Source: Daphnia carinata
Lineage: Eukaryota
Length of the DNA: 64,000 nucleotides
Assembly: GCF_022539665.2 (NCBI RefSeq)
Contig: NC_081332.1
Span: 6,572,001 to 6,636,000 of the forward strand
Direction of reading: 5' to 3'
The position numbers and the translations under genes were made by a program. The notes under the pieces were generated by a model. It had not been told where the DNA came from, made no database searches, and saw only the letters and a program-made list of their open reading frames with translations. Positions 40,395 through 52,939 of this stretch are shown here, piece after piece (within the stretch, counting starts at the first letter, position 1; each line of letters starts with the position of its first letter).

Positions 40395-42190
40395 GACGTA
40401 GGCTGTATGGCCTGCATAATACACGGGCTCGATCGGCCTGATCTCGGTGACTCGGGCACGTACCCACACAGCATTCGCAGACAAAAGAAGAGCTCCATAA
40501 AAATCGGGAGGACAATGCGACAACCTTCCCCTACCCCATTCCCCTTCTTTTGCTGACCTACCGTCTGTCTTATTTGTCTACATCTTTTAGCATTCGGCAA
40601 ATGAGCATATATACACAACCCGGAGAAACATCGACTCTTTTTGGCAGCGGTGAGTGTTGTCAAACAGGGTGGATGTTGCCCTCGTTCCATTTCATCCCAC
40701 CTCTTCCTCCCTGTGCTTTTTTTCTCCTTTTTAACAACTCGTAAGATCAACGGAGGAGAAAAAGATTGAAAATGCCTGACTGAAATCGATGTGACTTCAA
40801 TCAACTCAATTGACTGAAAATTTTTATTTTGGCCCCCTTTCGTTGAACTCAACTTATCAGTTTTCCCTCCCGTCTTTTGAATATATAAATGTATATGAAA
40901 AAAAAAGGACCCATCACACTAACTTAAAATCAGAATGAGAAATTGAACGAGACGGAGATGAAAAGCGTTGCGTCTAGTGCTCAGGGTAATTCGAAACAAC
41001 TCTTTTGTAAATCCTTTAACAGATTTACGCAAAACTTTACTAAGGCATCAGAGAATAGAGCCTGGAAAATATTGGAACGAGCAAAAAACAAAAAAACAAA
41101 AAATACAAAAATACGGAAGAATAGATTAGTGAAGCGGATGACACATCATCAATCGATAAGACTCTCTTTTCAAAAGCCATACGGAGGAGAACGGAAAGAG
41201 GGGCGACCCGGCGTCGTTCCAACAAAAAAAAAACGTAAACGATCTCCCTTATTTCTAACTCCTTACTTAACAAAAGAGAGGGAGAAGAAGTGGATGACAT
41301 CAACACTCTCTTTTCTTGGTCTTCCGGTCCTCCTGCTTGTGTCGTCGGCCACATTAGGTTGTATACCGAAAGACAACAAATGCGTTTGTTTGGCAGGGCG
41401 GGCGACGATGATACAAATTCGCCACGCTCCGCTCCCGAGGGCTATCCCGTGAGATCAGCTCCAGCGTTCGTTTCTTCTATGTCACGCTCCCCCAACGCAC
41501 ACACAGCGAGATCTTTGTCGAGTTTCAAGACTTCTTTTCTATTCTTTCTACCGATTTATTTAATTTTTGACACACCCTCCCTTCTTTCGCAGAACATATT
41601 AATCTAGAAAAGTGGATACACGAAAATTACGCATTGCAAGACGGAACCCAATTTGCCGCTTGCATGCTCCGTCGACAGTCAACAACATTGGCAACACTTT
41701 TTAGCACCATTTTTACACATACTTGTGAAATAGCTAAGGAAAGAACGTTTTCTTTTTAAATTCATGGTGAACAGTTGCCAAAACAACTGAACATGTGTCA
41801 TCTTTACGTAACGAGATCGATACGCTGCAGGAGGCACAAGTCTCAACAATGAGCGATGGTACTACCGCTTTTGGGTAAATATCTTTGACGTTCTTCTAGG
41901 AAAAACAAACCCTAACGATCGACGGTCCCATCGATCATCTTCGATCCGTTTTCTTTTAAATAAAGAACAAAAAAAAAAAATACAAAAAGCCGCAAATAGA
42001 CGAGTAAAGCCATGCTGTGTGAGGATTACGTATAAATAACACGTGAAAGATATTATCTATAGATTTTGTATTACACCTCTTTTTCACCTTTGACATATCA
42101 CCTAATGACACGCACAAACCAAACTCGGATGTGATAGCCGTCACGCTTCATCAGTGGGTTGGTTGAAGAGCCCAGCTTAAAAGGCGTAGC

Positions 42191-45100
42191 TTACAATCTC
42201 TTGCGCGCGAAATAAAGAGCCGTCGGCAGGTTCAACAGGTAACGCGGCAGTCCGCTCGTCAACTGTAACAGATGCCCGGCTTCAAATAGACGATTGTGAT
42301 CGACCAGCTGTCGAGCGACGTCTTGTACCCGAGACGCTGGCTGCGGCGAGGATAGAAGTCTCTCACATAACGGTGCATAAAGTGGGGTGCCAGCCAACCG
42401 CCCCATCAGTCCTTGGTCGAGAATAAGATCTAGAATCTCCTGATCGTAATCCTCCTCGTTTAACTAAACAAAAACGAAATAAAACATGAAAAAAAAAGAC
42501 TAAAACATATAGAAAATACGTCAAAAACCACAGCATAATTGGACTTATGATGAGCTGGATGGTATTTGGCTTTCAATGCTATTCATTAGAGTTCATTCAT
42601 TATAACAACAATGGCAGGCGAAATAGTGTTCGCTGTGGCATTGTCCGGTAAAGAAAGTTTTAGCCTACTCACTGGCAAACGTAAACAATGCGATTTCAAA
42701 AAGCTACGGGTAAGACGCCGAGTATTCAGATTTCACGAACATGAAAACTAATAGCGAATCTTAGGTAAGAATGGCGTTCGGCTGTCAATTTAATCCTCTT
42801 CAGTCTAGTACGTGCGAGCAACGTATTCATTTCTTCACGTGGTAGGTGTAGAACAGGAGAGTGGGAGAAAGCAAGAGAGAGAGCGGGTGGGAGAGAAAGG
42901 AGGGTGGTCTTTGTCAAAATCGCTACTACTCCACGCTAAGAAGAGGACATCTCCCAAACAACATGAGATACCGGATTGTAACACAACGAGCCAAGAAAGA
43001 TGAGAAGAAGGACTTGGGAAAGAACAGACGATCGTTTCACAGGGGGATTTCCGTCCTTGGTTTAGAAAAAAAAAAAAATAAAACTAAAACAAAACAAAAT
43101 ACAAAAAAAACAAAACAAACATAACATACCCCTGGTGAACTACGCTCTCATTTTACGGTAAAGGAACACGGCAAAGAGTTACGTAAAAAAAAAAAAAAGA
43201 AAGATAAAGACAAAGGCAGACAAAAAAAAAAAAATGGAAGAAAAGAAACATTTTACATCCATTATGAGATGATGTTTGGTAGTTTGGAATTTGGATACCT
43301 TTCGTTCTCCGGAAATGCCACCCATTCCCTACTCTTGTCTCACTGTCGAGTGAGGGGAGAAAACGGAAAAAAAAATATTTGCGGCCACGAAATGGAGCGG
43401 CCGGAGGGGTTGTACTTTGTTAGATCAGATTTCATACTAACGGTGGGCAGCGGGATGGCCTTCGCATGGCAGTCCAACTTTCCGGGGAACGAGCACACAA
43501 ATTGCTTGTTTAACGCGTTTGCCTTTTGTTTAGCTAGATGCGCTTAGGGAGTATCGTGACTAAAGCTCCCCTCTGCCTCCTGGCCTTCGTCTCATTCGCA
43601 AACAACGCACACTTTAATTAAACGAAAAGTGTTATCCAAGAAATGTAAAAAAAAAATAATGAAATTATCGTCTAATTCGATATGAGTTACTTTTGAATTC
43701 GACATACCGAACCATCTGAATATTGGCCAATTAGAATGCTTACGTCAGCCTACGACTTAAAATGTCACATTTTTTTTTTCTACATCATTTTTCATAGGTT
43801 CATGCCAATGTGTAATACCTCAGTTTCGCTGACACAACGTATGGCATCATCCAGCAAAAACGGCAGAGACGACCGTAGCGCAACGTGAAGACGGAAGCGG
43901 ATGGACGTGAAGGCACCCACTGAAGGCAAACTGCTTACTGTCTGGTAAATGACGCGGATGCACTATAATGAAGACAGGATAGGGAATTGGGTTATAAATA
44001 TATACATACACAATAGTAGATAAAACAAAAATAAAACAAGGAGGAACTAAACAATACAAGGAATGACAGCTCACTTACTTGGTCTGACAAGGGTGGCTTT
44101 TGTTCCAAGGCAAGTTTAAGTGTATCCAGCACAGACGCATCAGCCAGAGAGGACGCCATTTTGGTAATCGCAATCCAGAGTATGACCCATGGAGTGCAAT
44201 TTGGATCGCTAGATAAAATTTGTTGCAATTACAATAAAGTGAGGCAATGATCAAAATAATACATTAAAAAAAGAAAACAGCAAAACGAAGTATGTGTCTA
44301 TATAGAAAAAATTCTAGATTATCAGTCCATTCGGCTTCTTACATGCCGATAAAAACGGCAGAAAAACATGGCATGAACGAATCGAGCCATCCATTAAGTA
44401 ACCCAATGAATCAAAGTCAATTTGAATATCAATGCACCTTTCAGATTCAAATGGCGGCCAGAAATGGAGCAATTTAGCAAGCGACGTCAACTGATTTATG
44501 TTGTGACTCATCTCCAAGAGGCGATCAAAGAGGGTTCGACGACGGCTGGCGCTCTTCAAATCGTCTTCTTCTAGGGTCTGGATAATATTCTTGGACTCGG
44601 CCATACCGTGTTCGTTAGATGACCAGGACTGTTGGATCAACGCCAAAGTGCGGAGCCACTGCACACGGCTTCCAGTTTCGGACAGGCCGATGAAGTCAGC
44701 CGGAAGTGTTTTCAACATCAACATCAATTGGAGACGGCTCTGGACGTCAATCGTGTCATCGTCGTAAAACTGGCTCATCATTTCGCCAATATCCGATCGG
44801 CTAAAGAGACCAGCCCCGTCATGGGCGTCAAGAACTTCGGCCACCTGATTTAACAAATGTAAGAGCACCTGCATTGCATCTTTACCATCCAATTCATGTT
44901 CGCTCTTGTCCGTTTCGGCAGGCAAGCGAAGGTAGTTTAGCGTGAGTCGAATGGCATCAATAAGAACATCTTCCGGAGTCGAGCTGAAATCCGGAGGGAA
45001 AATGCCGACGAGTAAACGAACAACGGACAATGGTTGCCTCTCCACCAGCATGCGTAACAGCAGTCGATGAAGGGCCATTTCTTCTGGCCGACTCTTTTCA

Positions 45101-47473
45101 AACTCCCTCCAGAATTGACTTCCTGCTGACGAGACTACTTCCGTACGGATCTCAGCGTATGCCTCACTCCTCAAACGTTCCAAGTGCTCCACCCACTTTT
45201 CAATGCGCGCCTGATACGTTTCAAAGGCTTGGCTGGCGTCAGGGTTTGTTTTGCTTCTGCCACGCTCTTTAGCCATCTTCACGCAGCGCCGGCAAATGTC
45301 TGCTCGGACGTCAAGCGTCAGTGCGTCCAAGGATCGCTCGGAGAAGCAAAGCTCACCGACAAGATTTAAAAACTCTTCGGCGTCCAGCTTGTTGATGTGC
45401 GTTTTACAACTTTCCAGTCGTTGGAGCCAATCGGACACGGCAAGTGTTTTGCCTTCGTCCGCCAACGCAAAGAAATATTTGCGCGTCCAAATCGAATGAA
45501 CGGTGGCCTGACTCACGTGCGGCGATAGCTCTTTAACCGAACGCGATATCAGTTGAGCTAGTTTGGCCAGTTTGCCCACGTTTTCCGCAGTGGCGGCTTT
45601 TTCAATTTCTTGCGCAAAACCTTGGGCTGAGCGCGTCAACTTCTTGACATCCACATCCTTGATGGATTCCAATTTACGCAGAATTTGAATGTACACGGGA
45701 GCATGTGGCGTGATGCATTCAGCCGTCGATGGATTCGAATTAAGTAATTGGAAAAAGAGGAGAAGGCGGTCATGATCTCGACCTGAAATACTCGGATAGA
45801 TAACGTCGACCATCTTCGAACCAAACGACTGGACATCGCTGAACAAGATGTCGCGCATGCGGTGCTCATCCATGTATTTGACGATGTGACCGGGTGTAAT
45901 CTTGTCTTCGGCAAACAGGGCCGTCAGATGAGAAAATGTCACTTCCCAAGCCGAGACATCGTAATGCGCTGCCAAACGGACAGCTGCTGAATAGACGGCC
46001 GGATCAGTCGTGATGGCCAGACCCACGATCGTATCTCGCTTATAGGTATCGTCCGTTGTAAATCGGTTAATATCGACTCCTCCGTCCAATCGGCGTAGTT
46101 GCTGAGCTTCAGAAACATCGGCCAGAAGACTTAGAGCTCGTCTGAGGAAGTCACGACAAACGGCCTGCTCCTTTGACAGGCCCTTCTCGGAGATGGACAG
46201 GCAATGATGGATCAAGCATCGAGGACGTAGTGCGATAACATTTTGTCCGCCATCAGCTGAAGGTCCATGCGAAGAAAGAGCCACCATTCGCAGGGAGAAA
46301 TAATAGGCGGCCATCTGCAGAGTGATCTCTGTGCTAGGTAAACGCGTTAGCGGCTCCCATGCTTCTTCCACCTCTAGGTCTAAAAGATGTCCGATGGCCA
46401 GCAGGCAATCAGAAGGGAAAAGCGATTCAGCTAATTTTGCCAGTACATCGCCCCTTGAACGATTTCTCGCATAAGGCTCTTTCAAGCTGTCCAGCACCAG
46501 CATCCGCCAGGACCACATGAGCAGATCGAGTTCACTACTGACCAATTCGGGCATGGAAAAAAGTCGATAAGAGGCGCTCAGGCGACTTTCGTGAAGGCCA
46601 ATCCCGTTGTTGCACCAGACGTCCCAATAGAACACGGGCAAGCCCCAACGGGTGCATTCTTTATTATCTTCTAATGTACTAGCCATACGCGTTCGCTGGG
46701 TCTCATTTTCCGGTTGACGATGTTCTTTCCGCTTCAAGCTGCTCCTGACGACATTGACTAGCTGCCTTGTGGTGTCAGCCGTTGTCAGTAACACCTGCTG
46801 CGGCATAGTTCCAGCGCTAACCGTCGTCAATGGATTCTGATGTTTCTTGGCAACGTCCTGTCGATATGCTTCGACTGACTTGGGATACAATCGTGCTAAT
46901 AGATTCTCGTCGCCATCCTCGTAATTCATATACATCTTGATTTGTTTGCTACACTCTTCTTCGAGTTTAGTGTGTTCCAAATGCCACTGCAACTGGAGAA
47001 GTTCCTCGATAGATTCAGGTGGACAATAGGTTAAAGAGTAGGAGACGAGTTCTAGCTTCATACTCAAGTTGGTCAATTCCTCCAGCTTGGCAAGCCGACT
47101 GCATACTTTCCAGCCGACCGGACGGTTCGCCAGGCGAAGTTTGCAGCACATTTGACCAGCTACGTCCAAATCTTGTTTCATCAATGCCGTTTCGGCTATC
47201 CGAACGTAAATTTGCCCTTCTAGTTCTTTACGGCAATCTTCGTTGTCCGTGAATGAGCCATTATCACAAGCTCGAAGAAGATGCCCGAGTCGTAGGAGGC
47301 GGGAAGAATTCTTGTAGGCTTTATTGGCCTGTTTCAAAACTTGATCGATGAGAAGAAGACGGTTGCGTGACAGCCTTATTTTCAGTGGTGGCATGTCCAA
47401 TCCGAATTCGTACAGGAGATGAATAGCGCTGATTAAATCCTGCCAAAGCAAAAATAAAAAAAGAAAAGAAAGG

Positions 47474-47507
<34 letters not shown>

Positions 47508-50500
47508 ACGATGAGAAATACTTATAATTTTTTCTCGTCTTTTTTTTTTTTGCAAAACACGGTTTATCGTATTATACCTTTTCTTCTTGTATCCTTTTGT
47601 CATCAATCGTTATTAAACCAAGACAATAGCTCGCCAATTCTAAGCCCGGATCTGACAGATTTTCGGAAGAATTGAAATACTCTTCAGCAGCTTGGAGAAT
47701 TAATTCTTTGCTTCGTTCAAATGGAACTTTCGATGGACTTCCACTCTGTGATTGGTGGGAATCGGCGTTTGGGTTAAGTTCCAGCATTAAACCGGCAGAA
47801 GTGATACTCTCTTTCTTGGCCGAGGAGAGCAAGCTACCCACCAGAGTTTCATAACATAACTGTGGGCTTATTCGGCGGAAAACTTTGCGTTGCAATTCCA
47901 ACATGTCTTCCAACAATTCTTTCCACCTGTTCTCGGTCTGTGTCTCGCCCTTCCTCAACGCCGACCTGGTTAGGCGGACGAAAAGTTGTTCAAGCTGCTC
48001 CTCATCATTCTGCTTTGCCGATATCGTAGTAGGCGTGATGGCCACATCGTAGTTCTCGAGAATGTCAGCAGCCTCTAAGTGAGATTGGAGCTGGTCCAGC
48101 TGATCGTGTAACTGAGATAACAACTGATCCTTTTTGGAGTCACTTGGTCTTTCAGGTAAACAATCGTAAATCTTCATGGCCACTTCAAGCTGGTCCGTTT
48201 TCTGGCACGCGTATACACATTCCAGAGCCAAAGATATCAAAAATTTAGCGTCGCCAATGATGGGACTACTATGATCCGCTTTAGAATTGGTGCATATCTG
48301 CAGAGCCCAGTCTAAATTTTCTTGACTTCTGACAACGAGTAAGGACCGTAATAGTTGGTTAATACGGCCAGGGTGTAGAGTATCCAGCCGGCGTAAGTAC
48401 GGCATCAACCAACGGTGTAGTTTCGGCAAAAAAGAATCGGCGTCACAGCCATCCATGATGAGTTGACAAACGCTCAGCTCACTCATGGCATTAAGCTTTT
48501 CCAGGGTGACATTCTCGCACTGGAGATCGTAAACAAGTGTCTCAAGCGTCAATAACTGATGATGGATGTGTTCTAAATGAGGCACATTCCGTTCTAGGCC
48601 AAGCTTAATCAAATCCAACGCATTTTCAACCAACATGCTTTAAAATATGCAAAATTTTCATTAAAAATTTTATAATCCTCAATATTACTTCATATCATTT
48701 TACCATTGCTTCTCGATGTCAGCAGCTCGTGTGCGGTACCATGAACTCACAATGTTCATGGTGAGTTCTACTCCTGGGGAGCGGAAGCGTGTGAATTCTT
48801 TGGCCTCCTCGCTGTAAAATAACTCCACAGCTTCCATTTCGAGAACGCGATCCGCATCGACAGCAATACGGGCAGCTGGGGATTCACACCAATCGGATTT
48901 GCGTAGCTCTTGCTGCTCCCACAGGAAAACTTCTCCACCTACATCGCATTCGGGTAAGACTGAACGGTATTCAAACGGAGGGATCGTTTCCGGGAAGCAA
49001 GAGCAAACGGCCAAACGGTGGGGTAGAGTTTGTGGTCCGATAAAGGTGAACATGACAGCGACAGCCTGCCATTCCCCTTGTCGAGCAAAATCCGCTGTAG
49101 ATTCTAATGCAGTCTGGGATCGAAAACCTTCGAAAAACGTTGGGTCGTATCGCTGGCCGGCAACATGAGGACCACCCAGAATAGTCTCATAAATGGACAA
49201 TCGATCTAAAAACTGCAACAGGCGACGTCGGGTAGAAATTAGCATTTTTTGCTGCACCGTCAAATTATCGAAGTCGATCTGTTCCAACCATCGTCTGTTT
49301 TGCTCTTCTTCTTTGCGCTGGATCTCAGCTTCCGTTTCTTGGAACTCGAACGGAATCGAAATGGCTTCGTTACGGCCTCCTCCATCCACATCGGCGACCA
49401 CGCCCAAATCCGTGTTTTTTAAGCCGTAGAGTAAGAGCTCGCGAGCAGCATCTATATCGGTAGGGACTCGCTCTAGACATTCACGGAGTACCCAATTCCG
49501 TTTAGTCACTTTGCTAAGATAATCGTGGATAGCAGCAATCGTGGCCGGTGCGTTCCTCCATTGCCGTTGATAAACTAGATCACAGTCTAAGCTATAAGCT
49601 CGAGCAAGAGCCAAGGCTTCCCCATATTCTGCAATGGGAAAAGTACACATGGGCTAGTTCGTAGAGACTAATTTGTTATGGAATTCGGAAACCAACCTTC
49701 GGCGTCTAATTTCCACAAGTAGAGCTCATCTGGAGTTGTTTTTTTGAAACCCAAAAGACGATATGTTCTAGTTAAGAGCTTCGGTCGTTTCCTGGGTGGC
49801 CGAAAGCGTTCACTGTCCGTAGCCCTAAGAACAATGACAAAGTTTACATGAGTGTTCTGATGGCAACAGCTATGCTACGGATACCAAAAGAGGAGCGAGC
49901 GTACGGCTCTTTGGGCCATAAATGTTTTGTCTTCATCCTCGCTGGGCTCGTCGTCTTCATTGTCGTGGCACGCAGCCGCTGCATTCATATCATCAGTTGT
50001 CGGTTGAAGTCGCTTGCGCCGAACTTTCGTCTCACACTCAAGACCCAAAAAGGTACTGTCGAATGCTGGGCTAACCCGTGGACAACCTTCGAAAAATTCG
50101 GCCGAAGAGCCTAATTTATTACGGAGGTCAGACACAGCGCATACGGAAACAGCTCCCGAGCAACGGGCTAAGATAAGGGAATCTTTTGACCACCAATTGA
50201 TATCAATGGGATGAAACTTGTACGGATTTTGGAAAGTGGGACTGCGTACACGACGATGGGCCGGAAGCTGAAGAACCCCAGGGTTCATTTCATCGAAGCC
50301 GGGTTGTCGATCAAGCGGCCAGAAATGTTGACATTTTAATGAAGGAAGTGACCAGACTGACACCGCGCCAGAAAAGTGAATTGCAGCCAAAGATGAACCG
50401 TCCATTGAGATACTCAATTTGACTATGGTATTCTCGTAGTGCTTCTTTTGGAACGGCTGGAGCCACTGATTCGATAACTGTTTGGTAACATCTGGCGTCT

Positions 50501-51455
50501 CAGAGTAAAAAGGGGGTTCATCAATCAACCTCCAGGATGTGAGCGCAAATGTTGAGCCAGGAACTCCCCGTTTTTTCCCCGAATCATTAGGATCGTAAGA
50601 TGTGACTGTTGGGGAAGCCAAAACCAACAGGTTGCGCGATTGGTCTGCACAACAAGCAGTTGTGCCGTATGGTAGATGCGAAGCAAACGAAAACGTGTGA
50701 CTTTCCTGAAAGCCTTGGGTAGGTGAAACTAGAAAAGCCCTTAATTGACCATAATGATCTAAACATAGGAGTTCATAAGACCAATGGGCATTTTTGGTTC
50801 TAGTATCCACAAATGCTAATCCTGCCAATGCACTTGTTGGCACGTCGTTTGAAGAGTTGTTCAACATAGTCCCTTTTGGGGCAGGAATGACAAACAGTTG
50901 AGTCGCCAGCAAATCATAAACTTCAACTGATCCAGAGCTATGTGCTATAGCCAGGAGTGTACCATCAGGGCTCCATTCTAATTTTCTCCATTGTTGGAAC
51001 GGATCCTTGGCAACATGGACTTTTCCAATTGGAACTGCATAGTGGTCTCGGGAAGTTCTTATTTCCAAGGCATTATCCTGGAGAATTGCAACTGTTTTAC
51101 CATTGGACCCAACTGCAAATAACCATGACAATTGCTGGTTTATCCAGCTGTAAAATTTCAAAGTGCAAAAAAGAAATCAAATTTAGAAACAGAGGATTCA
51201 TAACCATAACTTATACTTACTTTGAAACATAATAACCACCATGACTCTTCCTTAAATACCTGCTGATGTTTTTCCAACTCCAATAAGGCTCTTCAATTCC
51301 TTTAGTCTATGAAAGTAATAAACAAAAGCGGTATTTTTAAACAATACTTTTGGTAATAATAAACCTACAGGTACATCTTGTTCCTGAGACCATTCTGATA
51401 AAACCAGCAGCTCATAGAGGATGCTCTCCTCTATACTTCCTGTGATGTCACTCAT
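42191..51455 (-). CDS. NBAS: Neuroblastoma-amplified sequence (NBAS/NAG, Sec39 family; NRZ ER-tethering complex subunit and NMD factor), about 2365 aa
   Basis: Ten exons: 51369-51455, 51221-51306, 49885-51147, 49697-49824, 48704-49628, 47578-48637, 44438-47439, 44079-44208, 43819-43962, 42191-42463. All introns are GT-AG with consistent phases; total 7098 nt = 2366 codons including stop. Motifs recalled from human NBAS: KDPFQQWRKLEWSPDGTLLA (beta-propeller), RFRPPRKRPK..RTYRLL..KTTPDELY..K...EEYGEALALARAYSLDCDLVYQRQWR, WVLRECLERVP..DAARELLLYGL, GVDINRFTTDDTYKRDTIVGLA. Length is close to vertebrate NBAS (about 2370 aa). Confidence 0.96.
43299..43342 (-). other. Candidate cassette or alternative exon in the NBAS last intron, beginning with an in-frame TGA
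   Basis: Minus strand: ttttttttccgttttctcccctcactcgacag|TGAGACAAGAGTAGGGAATGGGTGGCATTTCCGGAGAACGAAAG|gtatcc; the upstream NBAS exon ends in phase 0. Confidence 0.35.
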
Positions 51456-52939
51456 CTGTTAGTATTGGAAACTACAATTGATAGCAGAAATATTTGGGCT
51501 GACTAAGTTTTATCATCAGTCCAGCACCATTTACACGACAGCTTCGACATTTATCACCATTTCCTTGGCTTGAAATTCGATTTGATTTTAATTTTTGAGC
51601 CACACACTAGCAGTCGACTAAATACGTCATCGATCTTTGAGGCCATCTATCTATAGTTCTGTAAACTAGGACAAATGGGAGGCCGTTTTTTGTGTGCTTA
51701 TTATCTCATTTCATACTAAATAGCCACCTTCATCAATTTCGGCGCCATTTTGCCCTGGGGTAGTCCCGTGTTTTCTTCTTTTGGTGGCTGTGCAGTGTGC
51801 CTAAATAAGAAAAGTGAAGGCTATGCCAGATCCAAAATTTTAAATGAAGGTTTTTCGGCTAGCTTTTTTTGAGGGTAATAATTGGAGAAGTAAAAGTTAT
51901 TATTTTACCTTTAATATACAGTCGCCACTAGAAGAATTGAATCCCCCCTTCCAATTTTGTTGTTTTAACACACGTAGGATAAGGTCTACGCTGTCTCGCG
52001 CCGGATTTTTTTTCGTATCGAAATATTGCACGCAAAATTATCGGGGTTTTTGCATTCGAAAGATAAAGTAATGCTCTTTATCTCAAATTTTTTCATGTAA
52101 AATCCGCTCAGGATTCTATGAAATAAATCATAGACATAAAATATTGGATCATCCCTAAAACAGCACGCAAGGAGTGTCCCTACCCGCAGCTTAGCCTTAG
52201 GATATGGGGGTGCCAAAAAAAAATTCACCTGATTTTTTTACCTATTTGTCCCACCTTTGCCAACCCATATAAAAAGCTAAGCGGTTCGTTTGGCTTGCCA
52301 TACCATGGGATGTCTCTCTAAAACGATAATTCGATGATGGAATCATGTGGAAAGAAACGATTCTACTGCTTGTACGTTTTATTGTTCACCACGTAACAAT
52401 ACTTTTATTCAAGTTCAACAAAACACGAAATAAAAAAAAAAAACAAATAAACGGAGTTATGGTCAAGTCATGGACCATAAAAAGCGGAATGGCGGTCACA
52501 ATCTTGTTTCTTACAAGTGTGATATTACAGAAACTATTTGATGTTTTATTCAAGGGAACTGATAACACCACAACCATTAAAATAAAACCATTACCAGAGT
52601 TGTACGTCCTAATTTTGGAGGTATCAAAGCAATGGAAAGAAAATTGTGGAAAAAAATGGCTTCCAATTTTCGATTGCACAACAATAGTTAATTTAGATAA
52701 TGCGAATAAGGCCGCCTTTAAAATGACCGGTGACACGGAATGTTCACAAATAAAATCCTGTCTAAGACTTGCGTTTGCGCAACTTGGAATAATAGTTTTC
52801 GCGATTCAGATCAATACACGAGAAAATATGATTAACGTTATCTCAGACTTGCCAATTCGACATAGTGTGTGGCCTGTGCATAAGTCATACAAAAATAACA
52901 ATCAGTAGTTTTTGAGAATGTAAAGAGCGCAACATTTTT

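Noticed and set aside
44632..50214. Several + strand ORFs overlapping NBAS
   Set aside because: Shadow ORFs antisense to real coding exons.
52345..52908. 187-aa + strand ORF between NBAS and PAM
   Set aside because: Antisense to the presumed AT-rich PAM 3' UTR with no recognisable motif; probably chance.
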